From Methanocaldococcus indicus (lineage in GTDB: Archaea > AGJL01 > Methanococci > Methanococcales > Methanocaldococcaceae): DNA of 64,000 nt. The stretch spans positions 640,001-704,000 of the forward strand of contig NZ_CP186926.1 of the NCBI RefSeq assembly GCF_049554935.1, written 5' to 3'. This document shows, piece by piece, positions 52,214 to 63,876 of the stretch; the stretch's first letter is position 1; every line of letters begins with the position of its first letter. A model generated the notes under the pieces. The model was not told the DNA's origin, ran no database searches, and was given only the letters and a program-made list of their open reading frames with translations. The translations under genes were made by a program, and so were the position numbers.

Positions 52214-52588
52214 TTAAATTAAATTATGTTTCTTTAAAATTTCTTTAGCTTTTACTAAAATTTTATGTTCTTTCATAATTTTTTGTATATACTCTTTATC
52301 TGGAAATTCTAATGCATCAACAGGACATAGCATCTTACAAGTTGTACATGCTACAACACAATTATAGGGTCTTGCAACAATAGGTTTTTTCTTTTCTTTA
52401 TCCCAATCAAATACTACTCTATTAGCACATGTTATATAGCACACTCCACAACCAATACACTTATCATAGTTTATTTTAGGATACCATTCTATTTCTTTTC
52501 TCTCTATACCCCACCATGGTTTAACACTCCAATCTTTTATAACTCTACGTAATGCATCTTTTCCTATTACAGGTAGTTCATCACTCAA
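52214..52588 (-). CDS. 2x[4Fe-4S] ferredoxin-like protein
   Basis: CIGCGVCYITC and CVVACTTCKMLCP; start placed at TTG 52588 after AGGTGA RBS. Confidence 0.85.
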   Translation of the reverse strand: MSDELPVIGKDALRRVIKDWSVKPWWGIERKEIEWYPKINYDKCIGCGVCYITCANRVVFDWDKEKKKPIVARPYNCVVACTTCKMLCPVDALEFPDKEYIQKIMKEHKILVKAKEILKKHNLI

Positions 52589-52635
52589 ATTTTCACCTAT
52601 CAATATTTAGTTATTATTTATCAATTATAATCATC

Positions 52636-52700
52636 ATATTTATGCCTTCCGATTAATCAATGAATTTTAATATTTTTAAGAAATATTTAAATTTTCAAAT
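52636..52700 (-). promoter_or_regulatory. Copy 1 of 65-bp duplicated promoter-like element
   Basis: 61/65 identical to 54263-54327; minus strand ...TTGATTAATCGGAAGGCATAAATA about 48 bp before the ferredoxin start. Confidence 0.75.
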
Positions 52701-53342
52701 AAAAGTTAATCCTTTAAGTATTGCCTCTTTTTGTATGTTTAAGGCTTTCTGCTTTTTACAATCTTTTCTAAAAAGTTTTATTTTTCCAGCAACACATGGA
52801 TATCTTTGAATTAGCATAGCTGATTTTTTAGCAAATTCTTCAATATCATTAACTTCCATCCCTCTCATTAACTTAGCCATGAATAATGTTGAACCACAGA
52901 TAGAACTTCTTAAAACCTCTACATTTTCAACTTTGTTATCTTTAATATAAATTTTAACTTTTGGAGTACCAAACTCATCTAAAAACTCTTTTAATTTTGG
53001 ATATTTGTTTATTAAGTCTTCAACATCATTTTCATCCAATAAACACATTTCCTCTGGACATATAGCATCAAACTTTCTTAATTCTTTATTTTTGTTTAAT
53101 TTCTTTGCTTCATAGCATAAATAATATGTGTTATCTGGGTGTTGTGTATAAAGCAATAAGATATCTGCATCTTTAATTTTCTCTAACAACTCTTCTGGAA
53201 ATTCTATCTCATCAACTATCAAATCATTAGGCTTATTAATTTTATATATTCCAATAAATTTGTTTTTCTTTCCAAAGGAGTTTATGGTTTTTCCAACCCT
53301 ATAACCATAAGTCCCATCAGTTACTACTAATATTTTTGCCAT
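52695..53342 (-). CDS. DUF166-family protein
   Basis: DG.YGYR, HPD, P...[21 protein letters not shown]. Confidence 0.7.
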   Translation of the reverse strand: MAKILVVTDGTYGYRVGKTINSFGKKNKFIGIYKINKPNDLIVDEIEFPEELLEKIKDADILLLYTQHPDNTYYLCYEAKKLNKNKELRKFDAICPEEMCLLDENDVEDLINKYPKLKEFLDEFGTPKVKIYIKDNKVENVEVLRSSICGSTLFMAKLMRGMEVNDIEEFAKKSAMLIQRYPCVAGKIKLFRKDCKKQKALNIQKEAILKGLTFI

Positions 53343-53619
53343 TATTTCCCTTAGTTTTAGAGTTTCTTCTTGATAATAGGTAATAGATTATTGCCCCAAT
53401 TATTCCTAAAAACCAAACAATTAAAATCCATAGGATTTTTTCAAGAGTATCTAAATCATCTCTCCTTAAAATATCTATAAATACAACTATAAAAATAATT
53501 AATTTTATAATCCAAAATAAAAATCCAAAAAATAGATAGCTAAAAGGAGTATAATAAGGATTATAACAATATCCAAAACACCACCACATTGGTGGTGGTA
53601 TGAACATCATAGATAACAC
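53317..53619 (-). CDS. Small membrane protein with PLDc N-terminal-like domain
   Basis: DILRRDD....[20 protein letters not shown]; start probably ATG near 53610. Confidence 0.7.
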   Translation of the reverse strand: MLSMMFIPPPMWWCFGYCYNPYYTPFSYLFFGFLFWIIKLIIFIVVFIDILRRDDLDTLEKILWILIVWFLGIIGAIIYYLLSRRNSKTKGNNGKNISSN

Positions 53620-53643
53620 CTCAAATTTATAAATAATAATTTT

Positions 53644-54213
53644 TTACTCAAAAACAATATTCTTTTCAATTTCACAATTTAAAGTATTGTTGATTAAACA
53701 TTTTTTAGAACCTTCTAAAATCAAATCTTTTAATTTTTCTTTATCAATATCATCATTAGTTTTCACATAGATATTTATAGTTATTTTTTTAATTTTCCCT
53801 TCTTCAAATGATTTCTCAACTTTTCCATCAACTTTTACCTTAGCATCAATATTGTTGGATTTTAATGTGTTACCAACAGCTATACAAATACATCCACATA
53901 ATCCAGATAAAAACAAGTCCATTGGGGATATTTTTTCTTTTATAGCACCTTTTCCTCCTTTTGAATGAATTTTTAGACCTTTAACATTTAATAGAGCTTC
54001 AAACATATCTATATATCTTGAATATATTTCTTTTTTCTCATCTTTATCAACAATTATATCAATAATCTTTGCTATAAACTCTTCTCTCTCATCTTCTGGA
54101 ATCTTATCTAAAAATTTTTGTAAAGCTAATGGTATCATTTTTGGCATCATCTTAGGAGCCATTTCTTCTGCCATTTCTGAATTCATCATTTCTATTATCA
54201 TTTCAGGGTTCAT
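53644..54213 (-). CDS. OsmC/Ohr-family protein with Met-rich N-terminal extension
   Basis: SPMDLFLSGLCGC and KKCLINNTL (two-Cys OsmC pattern); start moved to ATG 54213 after GGTGG RBS. Confidence 0.75.
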   Translation of the reverse strand: MNPEMIIEMMNSEMAEEMAPKMMPKMIPLALQKFLDKIPEDEREEFIAKIIDIIVDKDEKKEIYSRYIDMFEALLNVKGLKIHSKGGKGAIKEKISPMDLFLSGLCGCICIAVGNTLKSNNIDAKVKVDGKVEKSFEEGKIKKITINIYVKTNDDIDKEKLKDLILEGSKKCLINNTLNCEIEKNIVFE

Positions 54214-54262
54214 TTTGCCACCTAAATATATTTTCACATACAGATAATATTATTTAAAAATA

Positions 54263-54327
54263 ATATTTATACCTTCCGATTAATCAATGAATTTTAATAT
54301 TTTTAAAAAATATTTATATATTCAAAT
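54263..54327 (-). promoter_or_regulatory. Copy 2 of 65-bp duplicated promoter-like element
   Basis: Minus strand ...TTGATTAATCGGAAGGTATAAATA (BRE/TATA-like) about 50 bp before the OsmC-like start. Confidence 0.75.
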
Positions 54328-54379
54328 TGTTAGATTAATATTAAAGACCATAAAATAGAAAAATAAAAAAAAATATATC

Positions 54380-55447
54380 TTAATTTATAATAATTTTAAT
54401 ACTATCATAAACAGCATTTATAATATAATCATCACTTAATCTATCTGCATCTTTTGAAGTTAAGTCTATTCTTAAACTTTTACTTGCTCCTATTGAGCCA
54501 GCAACAGTTATAGTTATGATTCCATATCTTTCCAATAAATAAAAACCTGCTTCAACTAATTTTTTTTCATTGTCTTTATTGGATATTTTTTTTATTACAA
54601 AACCTGTTGGAGTCCTTTCATATACTATATTTAAAGAGTCAAATTTAGATAAATCTATATTCTTGGCTCTTTCAAAGGCCTTTTTTAACCTTTCTAAGCT
54701 AAAATTTTCTAATGCCCTATACATTCCTGCTAATATTGGAGGTTGTGCTTCTAACCCATATTTTAGCCCTTCCTCATATATCTTATCAATTAATTCTTTT
54801 TTTCCTGCTAATAACCCTCCTCTTGGTCCTTCCATTAATTTATCTGTACTTGTAACAACTAAATCAGCTCCTAAATCCCATGCTCTTGGTTGATTATATA
54901 ATAATCTTGCCCTTGCACCAGAAGCATCATCTACAAAAACTAAACTATCTTTTTCTTTTGCTATTGAAATAGCTTTCTTAAACTTTTCAAGCTCTAAAAT
55001 TTTTAAGTCCATTGTAGATGGAGTTATAACAGTTAGTGTATCTTTATCAACTTCTTTTAAAATATTAATATTTGAGGATTCAACATATTCAGAATCTATT
55101 AATTTACATGCCCTTTTAATAGATGGATGTCCAGGAAGTTCTGGAAGGTAATGCACTACTTTTTTAGGTTTTAGGGCTAAGATGGTTGCCAATATTGCTG
55201 AGCTTGTTCTGTTAAAAGCTACACACTCCTCTCCACCTAAATGCTTCAAACCCAGTTCTTTAACTTTTTCAGAAAAGTAAGAAGAGCCAATATATGTATT
55301 TAGTAAATCTTTATCTTCCTCTTTAATTAAAAATCCTCCTGATAATCCACTTAAATCATATAAATGCTCCCTTCCTTTCTCTTTTAAAATTTTTAATATA
55401 AGATTTTTAGCTCTTTTAATTCTATCCAGCTCCACAAGCATCCCCAA
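54380..55447 (-). CDS. PLP-dependent enzyme, MJ0158 family (SelA-like fold)
   Basis: [40 protein letters not shown] (PLP Lys). Confidence 0.85.
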   Translation of the reverse strand: MGMLVELDRIKRAKNLILKILKEKGREHLYDLSGLSGGFLIKEEDKDLLNTYIGSSYFSEKVKELGLKHLGGEECVAFNRTSSAILATILALKPKKVVHYLPELPGHPSIKRACKLIDSEYVESSNINILKEVDKDTLTVITPSTMDLKILELEKFKKAISIAKEKDSLVFVDDASGARARLLYNQPRAWDLGADLVVTSTDKLMEGPRGGLLAGKKELIDKIYEEGLKYGLEAQPPILAGMYRALENFSLERLKKAFERAKNIDLSKFDSLNIVYERTPTGFVIKKISNKDNEKKLVEAGFYLLERYGIITITVAGSIGASKSLRIDLTSKDADRLSDDYIINAVYDSIKIIIN

Positions 55448-55676
55448 AGTCCTCTATGTCTAATGATTCCTCCTCTTCTTCAATTTTAATCTCTTCTTTT
55501 TTCTTTTCTTCTCTTTTAATTTTATCTATCTTTCTTAGTAAATATGGTTTATATAATAAATCATTATCTAATAAAACCCAAATTTCTCCATCAATCTCTT
55601 TTATATCTACAACTCTTCCCTTAGTTCCAGTGTTAATATAAACAACATAATCTCCTGGTTTAAAATCAACTTCCAT
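55422..55676 (-). CDS. DUF2098-family small methanogen protein
   Basis: G.YV.YINTGT.G.V..I......W.LL; C-terminal CGAG. Confidence 0.78.
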   Translation of the reverse strand: MEVDFKPGDYVVYINTGTKGRVVDIKEIDGEIWVLLDNDLLYKPYLLRKIDKIKREEKKKEEIKIEEEEESLDIEDFGDACGAG

Positions 55677-55686
55677 AATAGCTCAC

Positions 55687-56397
55687 CTAAAGATATCTTA
55701 ATATACCAACATGGTAATCTAAGATTACATTAAAATATCTCAATAAAAATTTTTTTACTTTATCATCTTCTACATATAAATATAGTATAACCTTTTTAGT
55801 ATCTTCTTTTTTAATTATCTTTAAGCAGGTTTTTATTTCATTATTTACCTCTACATCTTCAAATTCAATAGACTTTATATTTGATGAAATATCATACTCA
55901 TTACTATCTGTTTTTACAACTATTTTATTAATAACTTTTGTTATAAAGTTTTCTTTTATTTTTTCATCAACAATTTTGATATATCCTTTTTCCCACTTTC
56001 CATCAGCAGCCTTAATTAAAATTTCTTTATCATCTAAAAGTATAGAAAATAATTTTTTCAAAAAAGCTTCAATAGGTTTCTTTCCATATATTGATGTTTC
56101 TGGAATAAAAGCCAACATTTTAGAAGAAGTTTCATCATGATATGTTATAGTACCATATACACTTAAATCAATTGTAAATTTTGATTTTTCTATAACTTCA
56201 TCAGGTAGTGGCTCACCAATATCTACAATTTTATCTAATTCAATAGAAAATTTATTAGTGCCTAATTCAACATCAATTTTGTTGTCATATAGTTTCATTT
56301 CTAATTTTTCCCATCTTATAATAGGATATTGTAAAATTTCTGGAGTTACTATTAAGCCTTTTCCTGAGAATGTTGCCAACATAATATAATCCCTCAT
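55687..56397 (-). CDS. CheF-like (DUF439) archaeal taxis adaptor homolog, short form
   Basis: F.GKG.I, W....M.L, I.L..I.DIG and W.KG.I repeated PH-like pattern recalled from CheF. Confidence 0.55.
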   Translation of the reverse strand: MRDYIMLATFSGKGLIVTPEILQYPIIRWEKLEMKLYDNKIDVELGTNKFSIELDKIVDIGEPLPDEVIEKSKFTIDLSVYGTITYHDETSSKMLAFIPETSIYGKKPIEAFLKKLFSILLDDKEILIKAADGKWEKGYIKIVDEKIKENFITKVINKIVVKTDSNEYDISSNIKSIEFEDVEVNNEIKTCLKIIKKEDTKKVILYLYVEDDKVKKFLLRYFNVILDYHVGILRYL

Positions 56398-56557
56398 TAG
56401 AAATTTTCTAATTTAACAATTTTAATATTATTAAATAAAAACTTTAACTTAGAGTTGTGTAAAAATTTGAAAATATTTGCACATAAATAACTATTTATAG
56501 TATAAAAAATAAATATTTTTGTGAGCAATGTGCTCTTAAATAATTATGGTGAATTAA

Positions 56558-56791
56558 ATGTTTAAAAATAATAAAGGAAGTAATAGAAAGTTTGAAAATA
56601 GAAATATCCCTGTTAAAGAAGGAGAAACTTATTCTGTAACTATTGAGGATATTGGAAAAGGTGGAGATGGAATAGCAAGAGTTGAAGGTTTTGTTGTATT
56701 TGTCCCTGAAACACAAAAAGGAGATAAAGTAAATGTAAAAATAAAATCAGTTAAAAATAAATTTGCATTTGGAGAAAAAGTAGAACAATAA
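56558..56791 (+). CDS. Single TRAM-domain RNA-binding protein
   Basis: PVKEGETY.VTIEDIGKGGDGIARVEGFVVFVP....GD. Confidence 0.92.
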   Translation: MFKNNKGSNRKFENRNIPVKEGETYSVTIEDIGKGGDGIARVEGFVVFVPETQKGDKVNVKIKSVKNKFAFGEKVEQ

Positions 56792-56804
56792 AATTTTATA
56801 ATTT

Positions 56805-57056
56805 TTATTTTATATTTCCTATTTTAAAAGCTAATAATATCCAAACTATCATTAATAAAAAGATTAACAAGCTTATAATAATTAAATAAGGAGAATTTCC
56901 AAATACTATTGGTATTGGTCCAATAAATATAATTCCAGAATATTCAATATTTTCATTTTTTTCAACATTTTTATCTGGAATAATCATTCCCAGAGTTATT
57001 AAAAAGAATCCTAAAAAAATTAAAAATATCCCTAAAAATATTAATATTGGTTTCAT
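56805..57056 (-). CDS. DUF131/TIGR00304 family membrane protein
   Basis: GIIFIGPIPIVFG motif, two TM helices. Confidence 0.85.
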   Translation of the reverse strand: MKPILIFLGIFLIFLGFFLITLGMIIPDKNVEKNENIEYSGIIFIGPIPIVFGNSPYLIIISLLIFLLMIVWILLAFKIGNIK

Positions 57057-57081
57057 AATTAATCACATTTTAAAATATAAA

Positions 57082-58578
<1,497 letters not shown>

Positions 58579-58652
58579 CTATCCTTTTAAGCTATATTTA
58601 GAAAAGAGATATATAAAACTTACTTTATCATTAAATTTCAAAAAATGAATAT

Positions 58653-60056
58653 TTAATACATAACTTTCCATTTTCTTGTTAAATGTATAGCTTTTGTAGG
58701 GCATATATTATAACAAGCCCCACAGAATATACATTTCTCTAAATCAATATTTCCATTGTCTATACACTCTTGAGGACATACTTTATTACATATACTACAC
58801 TTTATACATAGTGATAAATCTGTCCAGATAAAGCTTTTTTCTCTATCAACAACTTTCTTATATCCTGTTGTGTTAGGAATTACATCCTTAGGACAGTGAA
58901 TAGCACAACTTTCACAAGCTATACAGTCCTTTGTAAAAATTATTTCTTTATTAGCTCTATCAATGACTATTGCATCTTTTGGACAAACATTACCACAAGT
59001 TCCACACAATATACAATTTTCATCCTTTATAACATCAAATTTTACATAATCTATTTTTATTGCCTCAGTTGGACAGTTGTTTATACAAATCTCACAAAGA
59101 GAACATCCTCCTATAATATAATCTAATTTCTCTCTTCTGACATCATTAGGACATATTTCAATACATTTATAACATTTTATACATAAGTCAGGAGAGTATA
59201 GAAGTTTTCCATCAATGAATTTTAGAGCTTTAACTGAACAAACTTCTGCACATAATCCACAGTTTATACAGTATGTTATTGGCTTTATACTTTTATTGTT
59301 CTTTATTTTATTAACTTTAAAGTTATATACCCTCAAAACTTTTGGAGGGCATTTATATACACATTCAAAACAAAGAATACAATTATCATTTACTTCTCCA
59401 TACTCAATGGCATTTTTTGGACAAACTTCCATACATATATTACATAAAGTACAATAATTTACATTTTTTGGAATTATTGTATCTCTTGGACATAGATATG
59501 AACATCTTAAACAGCCAATACATTTATCTTTATCTATTTTGATGCTCTTTCTTTTTACTTCTTTTATTTCAATCTCTTTAATTTCACCAATTTTTATATT
59601 AAAAACTTTTTCTAATGCTTTTAAGTATCTATCAGCATGAGAATTTCTCTTCTTAAATAATAGTTGATAGGAGCTTATTTTTGCTTTATAGGGGCATACT
59701 TCAACACATGCACCACACATAGAACAAATTCCTAATGGATAAGCCCCATCTTTATCTTTAACAATCTCTATTATTCCAATAGGACAAGCATTTGCACATA
59801 ATCCACATCCATTACATCTCCTTCTATCAACATAATAACCTCCAAATTCATTCTTTTTAATTGCCTTGTTAGGACAAACTCTTGCACATTCTCCACAAGT
59901 TAAGCATGAAAAACTCTTGTATTGCCCATTATATTTTATTAACTTTATAGCTTTTGTAGGACATGCCTCAATACACTTAGATGTTTTTTTGTAAAAAGGG
60001 CAACTTTCACATTTTTTAATATCTGGCCTGCATCTATCCAATATTGTTATAATCAT
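58653..60056 (-). CDS. ehbK: Polyferredoxin, probable energy-converting hydrogenase B subunit K
   Basis: More than a dozen CxxCxxCxxxCP motifs; downstream of an EhbJ-like gene. Confidence 0.75.
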   Translation of the reverse strand: MIITILDRCRPDIKKCESCPFYKKTSKCIEACPTKAIKLIKYNGQYKSFSCLTCGECARVCPNKAIKKNEFGGYYVDRRRCNGCGLCANACPIGIIEIVKDKDGAYPLGICSMCGACVEVCPYKAKISSYQLLFKKRNSHADRYLKALEKVFNIKIGEIKEIEIKEVKRKSIKIDKDKCIGCLRCSYLCPRDTIIPKNVNYCTLCNICMEVCPKNAIEYGEVNDNCILCFECVYKCPPKVLRVYNFKVNKIKNNKSIKPITYCINCGLCAEVCSVKALKFIDGKLLYSPDLCIKCYKCIEICPNDVRREKLDYIIGGCSLCEICINNCPTEAIKIDYVKFDVIKDENCILCGTCGNVCPKDAIVIDRANKEIIFTKDCIACESCAIHCPKDVIPNTTGYKKVVDREKSFIWTDLSLCIKCSICNKVCPQECIDNGNIDLEKCIFCGACYNICPTKAIHLTRKWKVMY

Positions 60057-60321
60057 AATGTTCCCTTCTTAAAACTCTATTACCAAAAAATATACCTAAA
60101 ATAGCAAATACAAACTCAAAAGATAATGGTAAGTTGTAGTATGGAAATGCTCCTAAGAACTTAGCTATTATAATTGAGATGATAAGATAGCTTAAAAAAT
60201 GCTTTAATTTGTATCTATATCTATATCCAACAATAACCCCTAATAAAAATGCTAATATTGATGGATAAAATAAACTAATCATAGTATATCCCCCTAAAAC
60301 TATCATTATTAATAATGACAA
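60034..60321 (-). CDS. ehbJ: Small membrane protein, probable energy-converting hydrogenase B subunit J
   Basis: [19 protein letters not shown] motif; adjacent to polyferredoxin; start may be ATG near 60282. Confidence 0.6.
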   Translation of the reverse strand: MSLLIMIVLGGYTMISLFYPSILAFLLGVIVGYRYRYKLKHFLSYLIISIIIAKFLGAFPYYNLPLSFEFVFAILGIFFGNRVLRREHYDYNNIG

Positions 60322-60462
60322 ATTATTATAAAATAGTTTTTGTTTTTATTTACATTATTGCAAAAAATAAATATATGAATAATTGAATTATAGTAAAATT
60401 TATATACTACTTCTAAATAATAATTGTGTATAAATAACACACAACTATAAACAGGTGATAGA

Positions 60463-61275
60463 ATGATAAAATTTAGTGTAAAAGGATTAAGAAATCCAGA
60501 AATATTGTTAGATTTAGTTTTAAGAATGAATAAAGATGAAGATTTAATAATTGTTGAGGCAGATAATGAAAACATTGATAAGTTAAAAGAATATTTAGAA
60601 AAGAACAACTTAAATTATGATATTGATGGAAATACTGTTAAGATATTTGCAAAAGAAATTAAGGCAAATAAAACTGTTAATGTTGTTGGTGCTACATGTC
60701 CAGGACCAATTATGATTGTCTCTGATATGTTAGAGAAGATGAAAGTTGGTGAAATATTAGAAATAGTTTGTGGAGAGAATGCTATAACAGATTTAACTGA
60801 AGGTTTGAAAGGAGCAGGACATGAAATATTAAAAGTTGAGAAAGAAGGAGATACATATAAAATATATATAAGAAAAGGAGAAAAGAAAAAAGAAGAAATT
60901 AAAAGTATTGATATAGATGAGCTCTTTATTATAAACACAACTGGAACAGGTAATGCTGAAAGAGCATATTCAACATTTATGATGGCTGATATAGCTTTAA
61001 AGATGGGACTAAAACCAACTATATTCTTAATGTTAGATGGAGCAAGTTTAGCATTAAAAGGAGAATGTGATAAAGTTAAACATCCTGCATTTCCTAAATT
61101 AGGAGATTTAGTAAGAGATGTTATTAAAAAAGGAGTTAAAGTATATGTATGTGAGTTAAGTGCAGAATTTAGAGGTATAAATAAAAATAACTTAGAAGAT
61201 GGCTTTATTATTGCAGGAGCTCCAACTTTCTTAAACTACTTAAGAAAACCAAATGTTAGACCAGTATGGTTATAA
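60463..61275 (+). CDS. TusA/SirA-domain plus DsrE-domain fusion (sulfur-relay protein)
   Basis: G.TCPGP TusA motif; DsrE-like IFLMLDG and VYVCELS...RG. Confidence 0.8.
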   Translation: MIKFSVKGLRNPEILLDLVLRMNKDEDLIIVEADNENIDKLKEYLEKNNLNYDIDGNTVKIFAKEIKANKTVNVVGATCPGPIMIVSDMLEKMKVGEILEIVCGENAITDLTEGLKGAGHEILKVEKEGDTYKIYIRKGEKKKEEIKSIDIDELFIINTTGTGNAERAYSTFMMADIALKMGLKPTIFLMLDGASLALKGECDKVKHPAFPKLGDLVRDVIKKGVKVYVCELSAEFRGINKNNLEDGFIIAGAPTFLNYLRKPNVRPVWL

Positions 61276-61293
61276 AATTTTGTGTGAAATATT

Positions 61294-61731
61294 ATGACTA
61301 AAAAGATAGACCCTTTATTTGTATCTGCTTTATATTATGGAATAAACAAAGGAATTAATAATATAATAGGTAGTGGTGGAAAAGTTTTAGGTAGAATTGT
61401 AAGTAAAGAAATTATTACATTTCTTGAAGAGTTTGGAATTAAAAATGTTGATATAAAAAAGCTTTTTACTGAAATTTTTGGATTAGCTGAAGATTTAAAA
61501 ATTGTTGAAGATGATGAAAAAGTAATATTTACAGTTGTTAATCCAACATTAAAAGAATTTTTAAAGAAAAGTATGGAAGAGAAAATTCAGTTATATATTT
61601 GCCCATTTATTCATCTACTTTCTGAATTATACTCCAAAGATAAAGATTATAAATTAATGCTCCTAAATGTTGAGCCTATAAGTGAGAATGAAGTAAATCT
61701 AATATTTAAAAAGGTGAAGCGTAATGAATGA
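61294..61731 (+). CDS. Hypothetical protein (possible V4R-like fold)
   Basis: 145-aa ORF in operon; G..G.VLGR and ICPF patterns. Confidence 0.6.
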   Translation: MTKKIDPLFVSALYYGINKGINNIIGSGGKVLGRIVSKEIITFLEEFGIKNVDIKKLFTEIFGLAEDLKIVEDDEKVIFTVVNPTLKEFLKKSMEEKIQLYICPFIHLLSELYSKDKDYKLMLLNVEPISENEVNLIFKKVKRNE

Positions 61732-62053
61732 GATAATATTTATAGTATCACTATCTGTTATCTTTGGAGCTATGCTTTCTGGTTTTGCAATATTTAGAAT
61801 GACTGGAATGAGGTTAATGGCTCATTTCATATCTTTGATATTAGCATTTATAGTAACATTGGGATATCTTATTATAAAAAATGATGTAGTTGGATACTTA
61901 GCTATACTTTTACAAATAATTTCAGTTATAACAATCTGTCCAACAATTTGTAATATACTAAAAACTCAGTTTCAAAATACAGCTATCTACTCTACTCAGC
62001 TATCATTAATGGGGATGTTATTAATTTTGGCTATTTCCTCCATTTTCTTCTAA
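61724..62053 (+). CDS. Hypothetical membrane protein (about 4 TM)
   Basis: Hydrophobic 109-aa ORF overlapping the upstream stop; GGTGA RBS. Confidence 0.7.
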   Translation: MNEIIFIVSLSVIFGAMLSGFAIFRMTGMRLMAHFISLILAFIVTLGYLIIKNDVVGYLAILLQIISVITICPTICNILKTQFQNTAIYSTQLSLMGMLLILAISSIFF

Positions 62054-62482
62054 ACTTTTTAAGAAGTGTGCTATTTTATTAACAACTATTTCAGCCTCTT
62101 CTTCATTTCTTGGATATCTAACTCTTAATGTAGGAATATTTTTTCTTTTTATTAGATATAGAGTTAGTTCATTGGTTCTTGCACATCCTATACAACCAAA
62201 AGCTATTGGAGTATCATCCATTATTATAGCTGCTTCTGCTGCATCTATCAACGGCCCTATTAATGCCATTCTTCCTCTAACTCCAGATGGAACCTCAACA
62301 GCAGCATATTTTAGTCCTTTTTTTGGTTCTTCATCAGTTATATTCATTGGTGGGCTATCTATCTCAGGATTTCTTACTAAACCTCCAACAATTGTTTGTA
62401 AAGTTAAAGGTTTATGTCCAAATCTTTCAACTAAATCAGTTAATATTAAACTATTTGGTGGGTAAATAAATACTTTTTTCAA
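62021..62482 (-). CDS. Methanogenesis marker protein 5 (DUF2102)
   Basis: [45 protein letters not shown]. Confidence 0.9.
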   Translation of the reverse strand: MKKVFIYPPNSLILTDLVERFGHKPLTLQTIVGGLVRNPEIDSPPMNITDEEPKKGLKYAAVEVPSGVRGRMALIGPLIDAAEAAIIMDDTPIAFGCIGCARTNELTLYLIKRKNIPTLRVRYPRNEEEAEIVVNKIAHFLKSLEENGGNSQN

Positions 62483-63876
62483 TCTTTCACCTTTTTAATC
62501 CATCTTTCTAAATTATCTAAAAAGTTGTCTTTACTATTGTCACTATCAATTTCTCTATTGTTATTAAAATCTAACTTAGGAATATCTATTGTTAAATTTA
62601 TATTTAAAGCTTTTTTACAAAATTCATCATAATCAATCTCTACCTCAGGAATTAGCCCCCTTTTTTCTTCTGCTATTTTTTCAACATAATAAAGTTTTAT
62701 ATTATATTTCTTAGCTAAATTTTTTAGCTTATTAAATAATTCTATGTTATAAACTTTATTTAATATAATTCCCTCAACTTTTAACCCAATAGATTTTAAA
62801 AAGAAATATTGATTTAAAGCTGAAAAGAAAGCACCTTCAATTCCTTCCAAATTGCAACTACTAACAATATATATAGGAAAATTAAGTTTTTTGGCAATTT
62901 GATATGAAGAAATATTTTTCAAAGCTCCTGTAAAAGAACCCATAACTCCCTCAACAATGAAGAATTTATAATTAGATTTTTTTACAAAATCTAAAAATTC
63001 TTCTACTTTAACCCAACCTCTCTCTCCTAACTTTATACTTCTATATTTATCCATCTTATCTCTTAGTATATACAAAGAAGGAACAATGTCCCTTACATCT
63101 CCTCCAATTTTGGCAACATATACATCTTTTAATTTTGATGATATAGATGTTGTTAAAAATGTTTTTCCAGAATTTGATGAAGTTGATAATAAAATAATTC
63201 CTCTTTTTTCTTTACTTTCTATCTTTTTTACTTTATTAGATAGTGCTCTTCTTTTTAGTTCTCTTCTAATTTTTTCATTTTCTTTAAATATTTCCTCTCT
63301 CTCATTGTATAGTCCTATATACTTTAAAAACTCATCTCTTAAATGTGGATTATCTAAATAATTATGAATCAAAGTTCCAAAAACTCTCCCATTATAAACT
63401 CCTGAAACAATTTCTTTCTCATTAAATTTATAGTTAAGTTTTTGCACATAAGAAACTGTAAAAACTTTATCTTTTCCAACTTTAACATTTCCATAAGTAT
63501 GACAGTGAAATCCCTCTCCTTCTCCAAAAATACTTTTAAATCTAACTCTATCAGTGCAAACTAATGGGGAAAATTCAACATCCAAAAGATTCAAACCTTC
63601 CCTAATTATAGGAATTGGGCTCTTCCTACCAATATCTATTTTTTTTCCTAAAAGTTGAAATCCACTACAAACTCCAAAGATATATCCATCAAAGTTAATA
63701 ATCTCTTTCTTTATCTCTTCTCTTAAACCACTCTCTATTAAAGAACCTCCTGGAATTATTAACAATTCTAAATCTTTGATTTCTTTATAGTTATTTTCGT
63801 CTATTATCTTTGTAGGAAGATTACCAAAATCCTCAAAACATGGAAGAGAACCTTTAACATCTAAAATTCCAATCAT
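62479..63876 (-). CDS. CobB/CobQ-related amidotransferase with N-terminal GATase and C-terminal P-loop synthetase domain
   Basis: [21 protein letters not shown]; [23 protein letters not shown]. Confidence 0.75.
   Translation of the reverse strand: MIGILDVKGSLPCFEDFGNLPTKIIDENNYKEIKDLELLIIPGGSLIESGLREEIKKEIINFDGYIFGVCSGFQLLGKKIDIGRKSPIPIIREGLNLLDVEFSPLVCTDRVRFKSIFGEGEGFHCHTYGNVKVGKDKVFTVSYVQKLNYKFNEKEIVSGVYNGRVFGTLIHNYLDNPHLRDEFLKYIGLYNEREEIFKENEKIRRELKRRALSNKVKKIESKEKRGIILLSTSSNSGKTFLTTSISSKLKDVYVAKIGGDVRDIVPSLYILRDKMDKYRSIKLGERGWVKVEEFLDFVKKSNYKFFIVEGVMGSFTGALKNISSYQIAKKLNFPIYIVSSCNLEGIEGAFFSALNQYFFLKSIGLKVEGIILNKVYNIELFNKLKNLAKKYNIKLYYVEKIAEEKRGLIPEVEIDYDEFCKKALNINLTIDIPKLDFNNNREIDSDNSKDNFLDNLERWIKKVKD

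Noticed and set aside
52695-52697. TGA stop as a possible selenocysteine codon (Methanococcales use Sec)
   Set aside because: The protein appears complete, the downstream DNA is the AT-rich promoter repeat, and no GC-rich SECIS-like hairpin was seen here or after other TGA-ending genes
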